Positions 45,887-56,441 of a stretch of DNA of 64,000 nt are shown in pieces; the first letter of the stretch is position 1; each line of letters starts with the position of its first letter. The notes beneath the pieces were generated by a model that saw nothing but the letters and a program-made list of their open reading frames with translations, did not search any database and had not been told where the DNA came from. The translations under genes and the position numbers were made by a program. Location of the stretch: assembly GCA_963826785.1 (NCBI GenBank), contig CAWGYD010000001.1, positions 512,001 to 576,000 on the forward strand, given 5' to 3'. This DNA is from an uncultured delta proteobacterium. GTDB taxonomy: Bacteria > Desulfobacterota > Desulfobacteria > Desulfobacterales > Desulfosalsimonadaceae.

Positions 45887-48499
45887 ATGAAATCATTCTT
45901 TAAAAGCCGTTTCCTGAATAGAAGCCGTAAAGCGGGTGATGATCAGCATCCGGTAAAGGCGGTGCCGTTTACGGCGGTGTTTAAAACCTTTCAGGAGACC
46001 CTTGCGCTCAACAACGAGGCGTTGACATTGATCGCCGAGATGGGCGCCATATTGAGCGGTGATTATGTGTATGACATCCATTACATTCAGACCGCCTGCG
46101 CAAATGCGGCCGACCTGGTCCACCGGCTGATCGAAAATTTGAATACCCTTTCCTCCCGGAAATACATGGATCTGTACGGCGCATTTCAGAAGATCGATGC
46201 CGGACTCAAGGAAGAACTTTCCGGCCGGCCGGTCATTCCGGAATCGCAGGATGTTCTGCCCTATGCGGAAATCAGCCGGGATGCCGCGGAAGTGACGGGG
46301 GCCAAAAACGCCAACCTGGGGGAGATTCAAAATGCGCTGGGATTGACCATACCGGACGGGTTTGCCATTACCACCCATGCATTTGCGCTGTTTATGACCC
46401 ACAACGGCCTGTGGGAAAAGGTCATGGCCCTGTCGGATGCCTGGCAGCATCGGGAATTGCCGGCATCGGATGCGTCGAGTCGGATTCAGGAGGCGATCCT
46501 TAAGGGAGAGATCCCGGTTCCCCTGAAGAAAAACATCGAAAAAGCGTTGTCCCGGATCGGTCATGATCCGTCAAAACGGATTTTGCATCTGGCGGTCCGA
46601 AGCAGCGCCTGGGGAGAAGACAGCGCGCACAGCTTTGCCGGGCAATACGTGACCCTGTTGAACCAGCCGTCAGACAGGGTTTGCGATGCCTATAAATCGG
46701 TCCTGGCCGGAGCATATTCGGCATCGGCCATGGAATACCGGAGGCAGAAGGGATATGCGGAAAGCGAAGTGGTGATGGCCGTCGGCTGCCAGATCATGGT
46801 GGATGCCCGGGCCAGCGGCGTATTGTACACCTTCGACCCCCAGGACCCGGAGCGGGACCTGATGCTGGTGACCTGCGTATGGGGCCTGGGTGCGCCGGCG
46901 GTGGAAGGCCGGGCCGCCGTGGATCAATACCAGCTCAGCCGCCGTTTCCCCCACAGTCCGGCCAGGACGGAGATCTCCCGTAAAACCGAAACCCTGGTGC
47001 CGCTGCCGGAAGGCGGCACCCATATGGTTCCGGTTGACGCCGACCGCCAGGCCACCGCCTGCCTCACCCCCAACCAGCTCCGGCGGCTGGCGGAAGCGGG
47101 GCTGCTGATCGAAAAGCATTTCAAAACGCCCCAGGACATCGAGTTTGCCATTGATGCGGATGGCAAAATGATCATCCTGCAGTCCCGGCCCCTGATGGTG
47201 CAATTCAACCGGTCGAAGATCGCCGGGCATCTTCCCGTGATACTGCGCGATCACCCGGTGATTTTTTCCGGTAAAGGGAGCATCGCCCAGAGGGGGATCG
47301 GCCTGGGAAGAGTGTACATGGTCTATCGCGATGAGGACCTGGATTCATTTCCCCGGGGCGCCATCCTGGTGTCGCGCTATACCTCCCCCCGGTTTGCCAA
47401 GGTGATCCGAAAAGCCGCCGGCATCATTACGGACGTGGGGTCGGCCACCGGCCATATGGCCACCGTGGCCCGGGAATTCAGGGTGCCCACCATCGTCAAC
47501 ACGGAAGTGGCCACCTCCCTTTTGCAATCCAGTCAGGAAATCACCCTGGATGCCGAGGAGAACAAGATCTATGACGGGATCATCAAAGAACTGAGGAATT
47601 ATCACCTGGCGGAGGAACCCATAGAGGAGACTTACGAGTACCGTCTGCTTCGCCGGGTGCTGAAAAAAATCAGCATTCTCAACCTGCTGGATCCGACCTC
47701 GCGGGATTTCGTCCCGTCTTCCTGCACGACCTTTCATGACATTATCCGCTTTGTTCATGAAAAAGCGGTGGAAGAGCTGATCAACCGCAATTATGACCGG
47801 GATCCCGATATCAAAACCAGCAGCGGCAAGCTGAAATTATCCGTGCCCTTGAACCTGGTGCTCATCGATATCGGAGACGGGCTTGCCGAAACCGCCGGCC
47901 GGAAAACCATTCTGCCCGACCAGATCGTCTCCGTCCCCATGCGGGCATTCATCGGCGGCCTGACCGCGCCCGGCGCCTGGAATACGGACCCCATGTCCAT
48001 CGATTTCGGCAGCTTCATGTCGAGCATGACCCGGACGATGTTTCACTCGATGGCCACCCCCAGGGATGTCGGCCAGAACCTCGCGGTCCTTTCGAAAACA
48101 TATGCCCACATCAGCCTGCGGCTGGGGTATCATTTCAACATGATCGACGCGTTTGTCTGTGACGATGACAACAGCAATTATGTATATTTCCGCTTCATGG
48201 GCGGTGTGACCGATATGACGAAAAGATCCCGAAGGGCCCAGTTTCTGGCCGATGTGCTCTCTAAAAACGATTTTCGTGTCGAGGTTCGCGGCGACCTGGT
48301 GGTGGCCCGGGTCAAAAAGCTTTCCATTGAACGAATGGAAAAGCGGCTGAATCTGATCGGGCTGCTGGTGGCGTTTTCACGCCAGCTGGATGTGCAGATG
48401 GTCAATGATCAGCAGATTACATTTCAGGCCGACCAGTTCAACGAACTGATCACCTCAACCCTTAACCGAAGTACGAAGGGGGTATATCAAGATGGATGA
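45887..48499 (+). CDS. PEP synthase/PPDK-like protein (nucleotide-binding plus phospho-His domain)
   Basis: GAKNANLG, GFAITT, AVRSSA.GED...SFAGQY, PQDIEF, LQSRP and GSATGHMATVAREF; atypical C-terminal domain (RLGYHF, FRFMGG). Confidence 0.85.
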   Translation: MKSFFKSRFLNRSRKAGDDQHPVKAVPFTAVFKTFQETLALNNEALTLIAEMGAILSGDYVYDIHYIQTACANAADLVHRLIENLNTLSSRKYMDLYGAFQKIDAGLKEELSGRPVIPESQDVLPYAEISRDAAEVTGAKNANLGEIQNALGLTIPDGFAITTHAFALFMTHNGLWEKVMALSDAWQHRELPASDASSRIQEAILKGEIPVPLKKNIEKALSRIGHDPSKRILHLAVRSSAWGEDSAHSFAGQYVTLLNQPSDRVCDAYKSVLAGAYSASAMEYRRQKGYAESEVVMAVGCQIMVDARASGVLYTFDPQDPERDLMLVTCVWGLGAPAVEGRAAVDQYQLSRRFPHSPARTEISRKTETLVPLPEGGTHMVPVDADRQATACLTPNQLRRLAEAGLLIEKHFKTPQDIEFAIDADGKMIILQSRPLMVQFNRSKIAGHLPVILRDHPVIFSGKGSIAQRGIGLGRVYMVYRDEDLDSFPRGAILVSRYTSPRFAKVIRKAAGIITDVGSATGHMATVAREFRVPTIVNTEVATSLLQSSQEITLDAEENKIYDGIIKELRNYHLAEEPIEETYEYRLLRRVLKKISILNLLDPTSRDFVPSSCTTFHDIIRFVHEKAVEELINRNYDRDPDIKTSSGKLKLSVPLNLVLIDIGDGLAETAGRKTILPDQIVSVPMRAFIGGLTAPGAWNTDPMSIDFGSFMSSMTRTMFHSMATPRDVGQNLAVLSKTYAHISLRLGYHFNMIDAFVCDDDNSNYVYFRFMGGVTDMTKRSRRAQFLADVLSKNDFRVEVRGDLVVARVKKLSIERMEKRLNLIGLLVAFSRQLDVQMVNDQQITFQADQFNELITSTLNRSTKGVYQDG

Positions 48500-48878
48500 T
48501 AAACAGCCTGTCCGGATTCTGGTTTTAGACGATGAACCGATCGTGTGCAAACGTCTGCAGCCGGTTCTGGAAAAAAAAGGGTACTATGTGGAGACGTTCT
48601 ACCAGAGCGAGGATGCGCTTGAGCGGTTCAGGGAAACCCCGTTTCACATTGTCGTCACCGACCTTAAAATGAAGGGCCTGGACGGCATGCAGTTTCTGAC
48701 CGAGGTGAAAAAGCTTTCTCCGGAAACCGAAGTGATTGTGATTACGGGGTTTGCCACCATGGAGACTGCCAAGGAATCCTTCCGCAAAGGGGTGTTCGAT
48801 TTCCTGGCCAAGCCCTTCAAACTGGGGGAAATTCAGGACGTCATCGAGAACGCGGAAAAAAAGATCAGGGAACATTAA
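48492..48878 (+). CDS. single-domain response regulator
   Basis: ILVLDDE, VTDLKM, ITGF and AKPF. Confidence 0.92.
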   Translation: MDDKQPVRILVLDDEPIVCKRLQPVLEKKGYYVETFYQSEDALERFRETPFHIVVTDLKMKGLDGMQFLTEVKKLSPETEVIVITGFATMETAKESFRKGVFDFLAKPFKLGEIQDVIENAEKKIREH

Positions 48879-48912
48879 CCGACAACTCCTTTTTGAAGAG
48901 AGGGACACACTG

Positions 48913-49726
48913 ATGATCAAAGCCCTTATACCCGTGAATGCCGATCTGAAGTCGAGCATCGCCCTCCGATATGCGAAAGCCCTGTCGCAGCGGATCGAAC
49001 TGATGCTGCATGACATTCATATCGTGGAAGCCGACCGGGTCGGGCCTGAGCCGGGTTCCGGCTGGGTCCGGAATACCTGGGAAAACGCATTGCTTGAAGC
49101 CGCCGACCAGGAAATCCGCCAATTTCTGGAGATGGAAAACCTGGGGTTGAAGCGGCTGGGCAATTCCGAAATCACTATCGGGGATCGCACCGAAAAGCTG
49201 CTGGAAACACTGGAACAGGGGGAATATCAGCTTTTTATGGAGGGCGCGCTGCCCACGTTCAATTATTCGGATTTCTCCTCTCTGGTGCATTCGCGGCTCT
49301 ACCGCGCCATGCCCTGTCCGGCCTTGGTGGTTAAAAACCTGGTCCCCCTGGATAAGGTGGCCATCCTGGTGGAAAATGGAGATGTTCCGAATTTGATTTC
49401 TGATTTTCTAAATGTTTTTTCGTCATCGGGCATCGAAGTGGACCTGATCGGTTTCATGCCGACGCGGTCCGGCGATCTGACGGTCCGGGAAGCGGAGACC
49501 CCGCCGGAATGGCTCAAGGAAGCAGCAGCAGATGCTCTCGGACCGGGAAGTCGCCCTGAAGGCGCATGCCATAATGGAAGGATCGGTGGATCAGGCGGCC
49601 CAGCACCTGCGGGCATATGGCCTGGTGGCGGCTTCCCTGCCGCGCCATCCGCGCCGGCATGATCCCAAACTGGAACTGCTGGCCCGGGTGTCGTGCCCGG
49701 TCCTGATCTGCTGGTCGAAATCATAA
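48913..49726 (+). pseudogene. tandem USP-like protein, split by a frameshift near 49525
   Basis: IKALIPV...ALRYA and PCPALVVKN in the first frame; C-terminus ending LLARVSCPVLICW in 49532..49726; junction in a GCAGCAGCAG run. Confidence 0.65.
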
Positions 49727-49742
49727 TGAAAAGGAGGTTGCC

Positions 49743-50588
49743 ATGAGGATACTGGTTGCGGTGGATCAACATCCGGAGACCGGATTCGTGGTCCGCCAGG
49801 TAGCCGAACTGGCCGGAAACACCTGGGCAAATGTCACGCTGCTGGGTATTTGTGATTCAGATGCCGGCGTCAAGGACATGGCCGGGCAGCTCGATGCCTA
49901 CCGGGGTATGTTTCTGTCCCGCATCGGGGGAGAAGTCACACCTTATGCCCGCCACAATGCGGAATATGAGCTGAACCAGCAGAAAAAGGGGGTCTGGAGC
50001 CTGCAGTACGGCGGCGACAACGGCAGAAAGGATTTTAGTTTCCGGATCCGAAGCGGCAGTGCGGGAAAGGCCATTGTGGCGGAATCGGTGGATGCGAATG
50101 CGGACCTGATCGTGATGGGCTGCAAGGACGGATCGCGATGCGAATGGCCGGACGATGCCGTCAAGAAAGTGGTGAAAAACGCCCAGTGCTCCGTGCTGGT
50201 GGTCAAGGAAGACAAGAAGCCGGAGATGATCGTCTGCTGCCTGGATCATGACACGGTGACCCAGGCGTCCATCGAAATGATCAACCAGCTGGTCACCCTT
50301 TACGGGGCTGAACTTGAAATCGTGGGCGTCACCGACATGAAAGGACTGCCGAGCGATGTGGACCGGCGGATGGCAAAGGTCCTCTCCTATTATACGGACC
50401 AGGGGATCAAGGCCTGGATCAAATCCGTGGATGCCGCTTCCCTGAAGTCGTTTGTGACACAGGCGGCGGAGGCGAATCTGGTGGCCCTGTGGATGGGCAA
50501 GGAATCTTTCCTGGACAAGATATTTTCCCGGCAGCGGCTGGTAAATCTGGCGGCAGACGCCGAGTCTTCCATCCTGATCTTAAGATAG
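49743..50588 (+). CDS. tandem USP-domain protein
   Basis: MRILVAVD, ADLIVMG, V.KNAQCSVLVVK and SSILILR. Confidence 0.85.
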   Translation: MRILVAVDQHPETGFVVRQVAELAGNTWANVTLLGICDSDAGVKDMAGQLDAYRGMFLSRIGGEVTPYARHNAEYELNQQKKGVWSLQYGGDNGRKDFSFRIRSGSAGKAIVAESVDANADLIVMGCKDGSRCEWPDDAVKKVVKNAQCSVLVVKEDKKPEMIVCCLDHDTVTQASIEMINQLVTLYGAELEIVGVTDMKGLPSDVDRRMAKVLSYYTDQGIKAWIKSVDAASLKSFVTQAAEANLVALWMGKESFLDKIFSRQRLVNLAADAESSILILR

Positions 50589-50656
50589 CCATGCGTCCCG
50601 GGGCCTGCTGTCTCAGCCGAAAGAAAACCCCGTCAGCCTGAAGTGGGATTTTTGCC

Positions 50657-52177
50657 ATGAACAAAAGTGACCCGATTGCAAGTGATGCCGAGATTCCCAG
50701 CGTCGAAGAGATGTTTGCCATGGAAAAGGCGCTTTCGGAGAGGCCCGCCTTCAGCATCCGTATCCGCATCATCCTGTCTTTTCTGCTGGCGTTTTTGTTT
50801 TCATTCGGCATCGGCATCTCTTCGATGATCTACATTTCCATTTTAAACGCCAAACAGAATTTTTTTGACAATGCCGGAAAATTCGCCATGCAGGTGGAAC
50901 AGGCCCGGCGCTATGAAAAGAATTTCTTCCTCTATGGCACCCGGACTGACCTTTACAGCGCCCTTGAAAATATCCGCAGCGCAGAATCGGTTCTAAACAG
51001 CACCACCAGCGAGATGCGGTCCCTGCTGAAACAGGAGACGTTTAAGAGCCTGCTCAATGACTTGAACAAATATGAGCAGGTGCTTGCCGGGATCGCAGCC
51101 CGGTATCAAAACGGGGACTACGGGGCGAAGCCGGATGCCCCGGAGGCCGAAAGCCAGCTGCGGGTCTCGGGGCATCGGATCCTGACCTTTGCCAATGAAC
51201 TGATGGAGCAGGAGCGGAGCAAACTTCATCAGGCGGTCCACCGATTCAGGCTGGCCGCCATTTTTTCCCTGATTCTGAATTTCATCATCATGGTCCTGGT
51301 GGCCGTGGAACTGAGCCGGCAGATCCTTCAGCCGCTGGGGCGGGCCGTTCAGTACACCCAGCGGATCGCGGCCGGCGATTTCAGCCTGATCAATCCCAAG
51401 CGAAAATTCCGGGATGAGTTTTCCAACCTGGCCATGAATACCAACCGGATGATCTACGAGCTGACGGAAAAGCAGAAACAGCTGATCCAGAACCGGAAGA
51501 TGGTGGCGGTGGGGACCCTGACCTCCGGGATCGCCCATGAACTCAACAACCCCTTGAACAACATCAGCATCACCACCGAGGCGATGCTCAGCGACCTGGA
51601 CAGCTTTTCCCGGGCCGAACTCAAGGACATGCTGCAGGACATCTTCACCCAGGTGGAGCGGGCCTCCGGAACGGTCCGGAACCTGCTGGATTTTACCCGC
51701 CTGGAGCCGGCCAAAGGCGAGACCATCGACATCAAACAGTTGATTCAGTCCAGCCTCAAACTGGTCAACAACGAACGGATCCTCAAAGGAATCGGGGAAG
51801 AAGTGCGGATCGAAGAACATCTGCCGTCGGTGGAAGGGAATTTCCGCAACCTTCAGCAGGTGTTTTTAAATATTTTTTTAAACGGCATCCAGGCCATGCC
51901 CGAAGGCGGAAAGCTGCAGGTGAAGGCCGACAATCACGCAGGGGGGTTCATCCGGATCGATGTCACGGACAATGGCTGCGGAATCGAGAAGAAAGACCTG
52001 GAGCGGGTGTTTGATCCGTTTTTTACCACCAAGGACGTGGGGAAGGGGACCGGGCTGGGTCTGTCCGTCAGCTACGGCATCGTCCGCAAAATGGGCGGAG
52101 ACATCGGCGTGGACAGTGAACCGGGCAAATGGACCACATTTTCCGTCTACCTGCCGGCCTCGGACAGGGTGGGGTAA
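50657..52177 (+). CDS. membrane sensor histidine kinase (HAMP-HisKA-HATPase)
   Basis: Two TMs, RDEF HAMP, GIAHELNNPL, QQVFLN, DNGCGI, FDPFFTTK and GTGLGL. Confidence 0.95.
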   Translation: MNKSDPIASDAEIPSVEEMFAMEKALSERPAFSIRIRIILSFLLAFLFSFGIGISSMIYISILNAKQNFFDNAGKFAMQVEQARRYEKNFFLYGTRTDLYSALENIRSAESVLNSTTSEMRSLLKQETFKSLLNDLNKYEQVLAGIAARYQNGDYGAKPDAPEAESQLRVSGHRILTFANELMEQERSKLHQAVHRFRLAAIFSLILNFIIMVLVAVELSRQILQPLGRAVQYTQRIAAGDFSLINPKRKFRDEFSNLAMNTNRMIYELTEKQKQLIQNRKMVAVGTLTSGIAHELNNPLNNISITTEAMLSDLDSFSRAELKDMLQDIFTQVERASGTVRNLLDFTRLEPAKGETIDIKQLIQSSLKLVNNERILKGIGEEVRIEEHLPSVEGNFRNLQQVFLNIFLNGIQAMPEGGKLQVKADNHAGGFIRIDVTDNGCGIEKKDLERVFDPFFTTKDVGKGTGLGLSVSYGIVRKMGGDIGVDSEPGKWTTFSVYLPASDRVG

Positions 52178-52244
52178 ATGCTTTTGCAGGAAATGGAGGG
52201 AAGTTTCAGATCCGTCCGTTCGTGCGAAAGAATCGAACCGGGAT

Positions 52245-54440
52245 TCAATTTGAATTTTGCGCATCATGGGCGCATGCCATGCAATACAGGCGGATCATCT
52301 TTAACTGCTCATAATCGAGCGCACCCTCGAGGGCATCGAAGACCGGCTTTAGATATTCGAACCCGATCCGCCTGAACTCAGCGATTGCATTTTTGACCGT
52401 TTCAGGCTCCATCCCTTCCATCAGGTACTCTACCCCCTTTTTCTCAATCAGATTCCCCTCCATTGCAAATTTAAGCAGATGATCCAGCACGGTCTGCTGT
52501 TTGATTTCATACCGGGCCATCAATGCCGCGATGGATGTCCCTTGATTATAGGCCTTGCCGATGGTGTGGTGGCGCATCTCCCGGGTGGTTTCGGGTTCTT
52601 GCAGACTGAAAGATGCGACTTCGGGAAATTCCGGCGGCGGATCGATCCGGTTTTCCGCGCAGTATGCTTTGATCAGGCCGATAAACAGTTCTCCGTATCT
52701 TTTAAGCTTGACCGCCCCCACACCGTGCAGGGTCAGAAGCTGCCGGTCGGAATGGGGCAGAAAAGAGGCCATCTCCAGCAGGGTCTTGTCCGGAAATATG
52801 GCATAGGGCGGAATATTGAGCTGATCGGCCAGCTGTTTTCTCTCCCGGCGAAGAATTTCAAACAGATCCCGATGAACCTCGGAGGGGTCTTCTGCTTCCT
52901 CGCGGGAGGCTGCCGTCTCCCGGCCGCGCGCCACCCAGACCGGGCGCTTGCCCCGCATGACCTCCCATGCCTCCGGGGTCAGGGAAAGACCGCCGTATTC
53001 CATGTCCTGAATTAACAATCCCTGGTGCAGGAACTGCCGGGTCAGCTGCATCCATCGCGCCTTTGAGTATTCCATGCCGATGCCGTAGGTGGACAGCCGA
53101 TCGTGGCCCGAAGCGATGATTTTTTGTCCCTTGGAACCGCGCAGGACGTCGATGATATGACTGGCGCCGAAGATTTCTCCGGTCCGCTTTACGCAGGACA
53201 GAAATTTCTGGGCGGCCACGGTGGCATCTGTTTTTTCCCGCTCACCGGCTGTGCAGTTGTCGCACATGCCGCAATTTTCGGCGCAATAGGTTTCGCCGAA
53301 GTAGTCGAGAAGGGGTTTTCGCCGGCAGATTTCGGATTCGGCAAACCGGAGCAGGGCGTTTAGATGGCGCATGGCCGCCCGGGTCTCACTCTCCGGCTTT
53401 TGTGCAATGAAATATTTGATCTTGGCGATATCCTGGTACCCCAGAAGCAGGAGGCAGTGGGCGGGGAGGCCGTCGCGGCCGGCCCGGCCGATTTCCTGGT
53501 AGTAGCCTTCCATGTTTTTGGGCAGGTCATGATGAATCACATAGCGGACATTGGGTTTGTCGATTCCCATGCCGAAAGCGATGGTGGCCACCATGATCCG
53601 GACATCATCCCTGATGAACCGCTGCTGGTTCTCCTTGCGCACCTCATCGGGGAGGCCGGCGTGATAGGGGCGGGCATTGTATCCCCGTTCGGCCAGGGCC
53701 CGGCTTAAGCTGTCCACCTGTTTGCGGGAATGGCAGTAGATGATGCCGGATTCATCTTCAAATCTTTTGATGAAGGTGAGGACCTGGCCAAAGGGCCGGT
53801 GCTTGTCGGCCACCTCGATGAACAGGTTCTTGCGGTCGAAGGAGTCGAGAAAGGTTTTGGCCCCGTCCCTGAACTCGAGCATCCTGCAGATGTCGGCCCG
53901 CACCCGGGGCGTGGCCGTAGCCGTCATGGCGATGCAGACCGCCCGGGGAAACTGGCGGCGGATGTTTGCCAGCTGCCGGTATTCGGGCCGAAAATCATGC
54001 CCCCATTCGGATATGCAGTGGGCTTCATCCACCGCCAGGCAATCGAGCTGGACCGATTCCAGCAGAGAGCGCATCCGGGGGGTCTGCAGGGCCTCGGGCG
54101 CGGCATAGACCAGCTTGGATCGCCCTTCGATGATCTTTTGGACATTGTGGTCATAATCCGCGGGCGCAAGCGTGCTGTTCAGCAGAACCGCATCGATTCC
54201 GGCCGCGGTCAGCTGATCCACCTGGTCCTGCATCAGTGATATCAGTGGGGAAACCACCAGGGTGAGCCCCGGCAGAAGCTGGGAGGGAATTTGAAAACAC
54301 AATGATTTCCCGCCCCCGGTGGGCATCACCAGGAGCGTATCGATGCCCGCCAGCAGGGTGGATATGGCATCTTCCTGCAGGGGCCTGAACTGTCCATACC
54401 CGAAGGTGTCTTTTAAAATGGCTGCGGCCTGGCAGATCAT
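52245..54440 (-). CDS. recQ: ATP-dependent DNA helicase RecQ
   Basis: MPTGGGKSLCFQ, VDEAHCISEWGHDFRPEY, TATAT, YHAG, FGMGIDK, QEIGRAGRDG, Zn-binding C..CDNC and HRDC. Confidence 0.96.
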   Translation of the reverse strand: MICQAAAILKDTFGYGQFRPLQEDAISTLLAGIDTLLVMPTGGGKSLCFQIPSQLLPGLTLVVSPLISLMQDQVDQLTAAGIDAVLLNSTLAPADYDHNVQKIIEGRSKLVYAAPEALQTPRMRSLLESVQLDCLAVDEAHCISEWGHDFRPEYRQLANIRRQFPRAVCIAMTATATPRVRADICRMLEFRDGAKTFLDSFDRKNLFIEVADKHRPFGQVLTFIKRFEDESGIIYCHSRKQVDSLSRALAERGYNARPYHAGLPDEVRKENQQRFIRDDVRIMVATIAFGMGIDKPNVRYVIHHDLPKNMEGYYQEIGRAGRDGLPAHCLLLLGYQDIAKIKYFIAQKPESETRAAMRHLNALLRFAESEICRRKPLLDYFGETYCAENCGMCDNCTAGEREKTDATVAAQKFLSCVKRTGEIFGASHIIDVLRGSKGQKIIASGHDRLSTYGIGMEYSKARWMQLTRQFLHQGLLIQDMEYGGLSLTPEAWEVMRGKRPVWVARGRETAASREEAEDPSEVHRDLFEILRRERKQLADQLNIPPYAIFPDKTLLEMASFLPHSDRQLLTLHGVGAVKLKRYGELFIGLIKAYCAENRIDPPPEFPEVASFSLQEPETTREMRHHTIGKAYNQGTSIAALMARYEIKQQTVLDHLLKFAMEGNLIEKKGVEYLMEGMEPETVKNAIAEFRRIGFEYLKPVFDALEGALDYEQLKMIRLYCMACAHDAQNSN

Positions 54441-54685
54441 AGGGTCTTATCAGAAATCCGGAAGGTTATGGTTGGTTCACATTAGCGGATATGAGCGCAT
54501 ATCCGTTAACAACAATATGGTTTTTACCATACTGCCGGAAATGATTCAACCGTTTCACCCCACATGCAGCTGTTAAATCACTTGATACAGAGTCATTTAA
54601 ATAGTATTTTCATACAGAATGAGAAACACGGAAGGGCTTTTATATGATGATTTTCGGATGATAACCTTTAAGAAGGGAGATTAAA

Positions 54686-55012
54686 ATGAAAAGAATCCTG
54701 ATCGTTTTAATGAGTATGGTATTCTTGACCGCCACGGTTCTTTTTGCAGCCGAGGAAGAAGAAGACGTGGGGTGGCGGTGCGGGAATCTTTTCATTCATG
54801 AAGGAATTCAATCATTTGAAGTCCTTCAAAGTTGTGGGGAACCGAATTCAAAAGAGGTCGTGGGATACGCCGAACACGGCGGCGACGATGAAGGCGACGC
54901 GGGTCTGGTAATTGAAAAATGGTTATATGGTCCCGACGCCGGATATTACCATGTACTCTACTTCAAGGCCGGTGTGCTGGAGAAGGTCGAAGCGGTCAAA
55001 GATATGAATTAG
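54686..55012 (+). CDS. exported DUF2845-like protein
   Basis: Signal peptide; WRCG..FI..G....VL..CGEP...EKW.YGP..G....L.F..G.L. Confidence 0.75.
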   Translation: MKRILIVLMSMVFLTATVLFAAEEEEDVGWRCGNLFIHEGIQSFEVLQSCGEPNSKEVVGYAEHGGDDEGDAGLVIEKWLYGPDAGYYHVLYFKAGVLEKVEAVKDMN

Positions 55013-55242
55013 GCGCAAGGGCTGCTGTTTGCCACGAGCATCCTTGGGGTTTTATACCGTTTAGTTGCCGATACATGATAAAATCTGACTTGAATACTTT
55101 TCTTTTTGAGTAAAAATCAGCAGCATTCCTGATTTTTATTTCATATTGATTTCATATCTTCTCCATGGCAGGGCTCGATTAGAGACAGGCGTATTGAAAA
55201 TTGCGCGGATGACCTGCCGTACATCAAAAGGAGGTGTTAGAT

Positions 55243-55449
55243 ATGAATAGAATTCTTTTTATCGTTTTGGCTGTCTTTGCAATGGTATTTACGCTTTCAT
55301 TTACGGGATGCCATGGTCATATAAACGGAGGAATCGGGACGGATGAAGACATTCAGTTTCAGAGGAATGCGTTCGTCCAGGAAACAACCCCGTCGAGCGG
55401 GGTGAAAGCGCAATCGATTGTAATGGAGACGACGGTTTTGCCGGTATGA
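55243..55449 (+). CDS. small putative lipoprotein
   Basis: RBS AGGAGG; leader MNRILFIVLAVFAMVFTLSFTG-C (lipobox-like). Confidence 0.55.
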   Translation: MNRILFIVLAVFAMVFTLSFTGCHGHINGGIGTDEDIQFQRNAFVQETTPSSGVKAQSIVMETTVLPV

Positions 55450-55705
55450 CAACAAGCGCACAGCAGGGTGAGGAATATCAAAACCCTGGTTGAACGTGAG
55501 ATGCTTATCATCGGAATCATTTATTCTCAAATTGAAGGCCGCAAGGAGAATACTCCTTTGCGGCCTTTCTGCAAGCGTGCGTAAGATACGAACAAAAAAC
55601 TTTTTACAATTTGTAAAAACCTTTGTCATTTAAAAGTTTGCCCCATCCATCCTGAGTTCAAACAAATTCTTATCTTTTTCAAAGACTTAAATCTATTCTC
55701 CACAA

Positions 55706-55721
55706 TGGCATTCCTTTTGCA
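55706..55721 (+). promoter_or_regulatory. sigma54 (-24/-12) promoter
   Basis: TGGCA-TTCCTT-TTGCA with GG-N10-GC spacing; perfect palindrome TTTTTACAA-T-TTGTAAAAA at 55601-55619 upstream. Confidence 0.7.
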
Positions 55722-55783
55722 TTTTTGACTGTCAGCATATGCATCAATTGCAGGGCAGAACAGAAAACAAAAGGAGAAGCATC

Positions 55784-56071
55784 ATGGCCGCATCAAAGCA
55801 TGCATCGAAAAACGGACGCCGAAAAACTCAATTCACGTTTAACGCCGAAGAAGCCAAATCGGTGAAGATCGTAGGGGACTTCAACAACTGGCGTGAAGAG
55901 GGCAAGACCCTGAAACATAATGGAAACGGCAACTGGCAGATCACACTCATGCTGCCGCCCGGAACCTACGAATACAAGTTTCTGGTGGATGGCAGCTGGG
56001 TGAATGATCCGTTAAACGAGCGCTTGTGCATCAATTGCTTCGGCACCCGGAATAATTATATCGATGTTTGA
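55784..56071 (+). CDS. stand-alone CBM48/AMPK-beta-like glycogen-binding domain protein
   Basis: AKSVKIVGDFNNW, G.W...L.L.PG.YEYKFLVDG.W..DP.N and FG..N; RBS AAGGAG. Confidence 0.88.
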   Translation: MAASKHASKNGRRKTQFTFNAEEAKSVKIVGDFNNWREEGKTLKHNGNGNWQITLMLPPGTYEYKFLVDGSWVNDPLNERLCINCFGTRNNYIDV

Positions 56072-56119
56072 TATATTCCATGTCACGCCATGCGACAAAT
56101 ATGTTAGTTGGGCAGCCAA

Positions 56120-56158
56120 ACGTGAAGAAACGCCATTCGCGCCGGCTGCATCAGACAT
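56120..56158 (-). pseudogene. 5' remnant of a HEPN (DUF86) toxin gene
   Basis: ATG overlaps the MNT stop; reads MSDAA then, after a 1-nt shift, REWRFF, resembling DUF86 N-termini; similarity then ends. Confidence 0.5.
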
Positions 56159-56441
56159 TGATCCGCTCCTGCTCAATGTAGGGTCGCAGCTCCGGCCGCA
56201 GGGCTTTTTCGGTGACCAGATCGACCGGACAGCCGAGCAAATCCTCCAGGTAGAACTGCACGCCGAAATAGCGCTTGGAGGTGGCCGGGCCGTCGAAGGC
56301 CACCAGCACATCAATATCGCTGCCGCTGGTCGCTGTATTGCGAGCGGTGGAGCCGAACAACGCCAGCCGGGTCACGCCGAAACGGGCCTGAAGATCGGAC
56401 TTGCTGCGGCTCAGTAGGTCAAGAGCGCGCTGTCTATTCAT
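56151..56441 (-). CDS. minimal nucleotidyltransferase (MNT/MntA-type antitoxin)
   Basis: FGV..LALFGS.AR......SDIDVLV.F...LEDLLG..VDLVT...LR. Confidence 0.9.
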   Translation of the reverse strand: MNRQRALDLLSRSKSDLQARFGVTRLALFGSTARNTATSGSDIDVLVAFDGPATSKRYFGVQFYLEDLLGCPVDLVTEKALRPELRPYIEQERINV

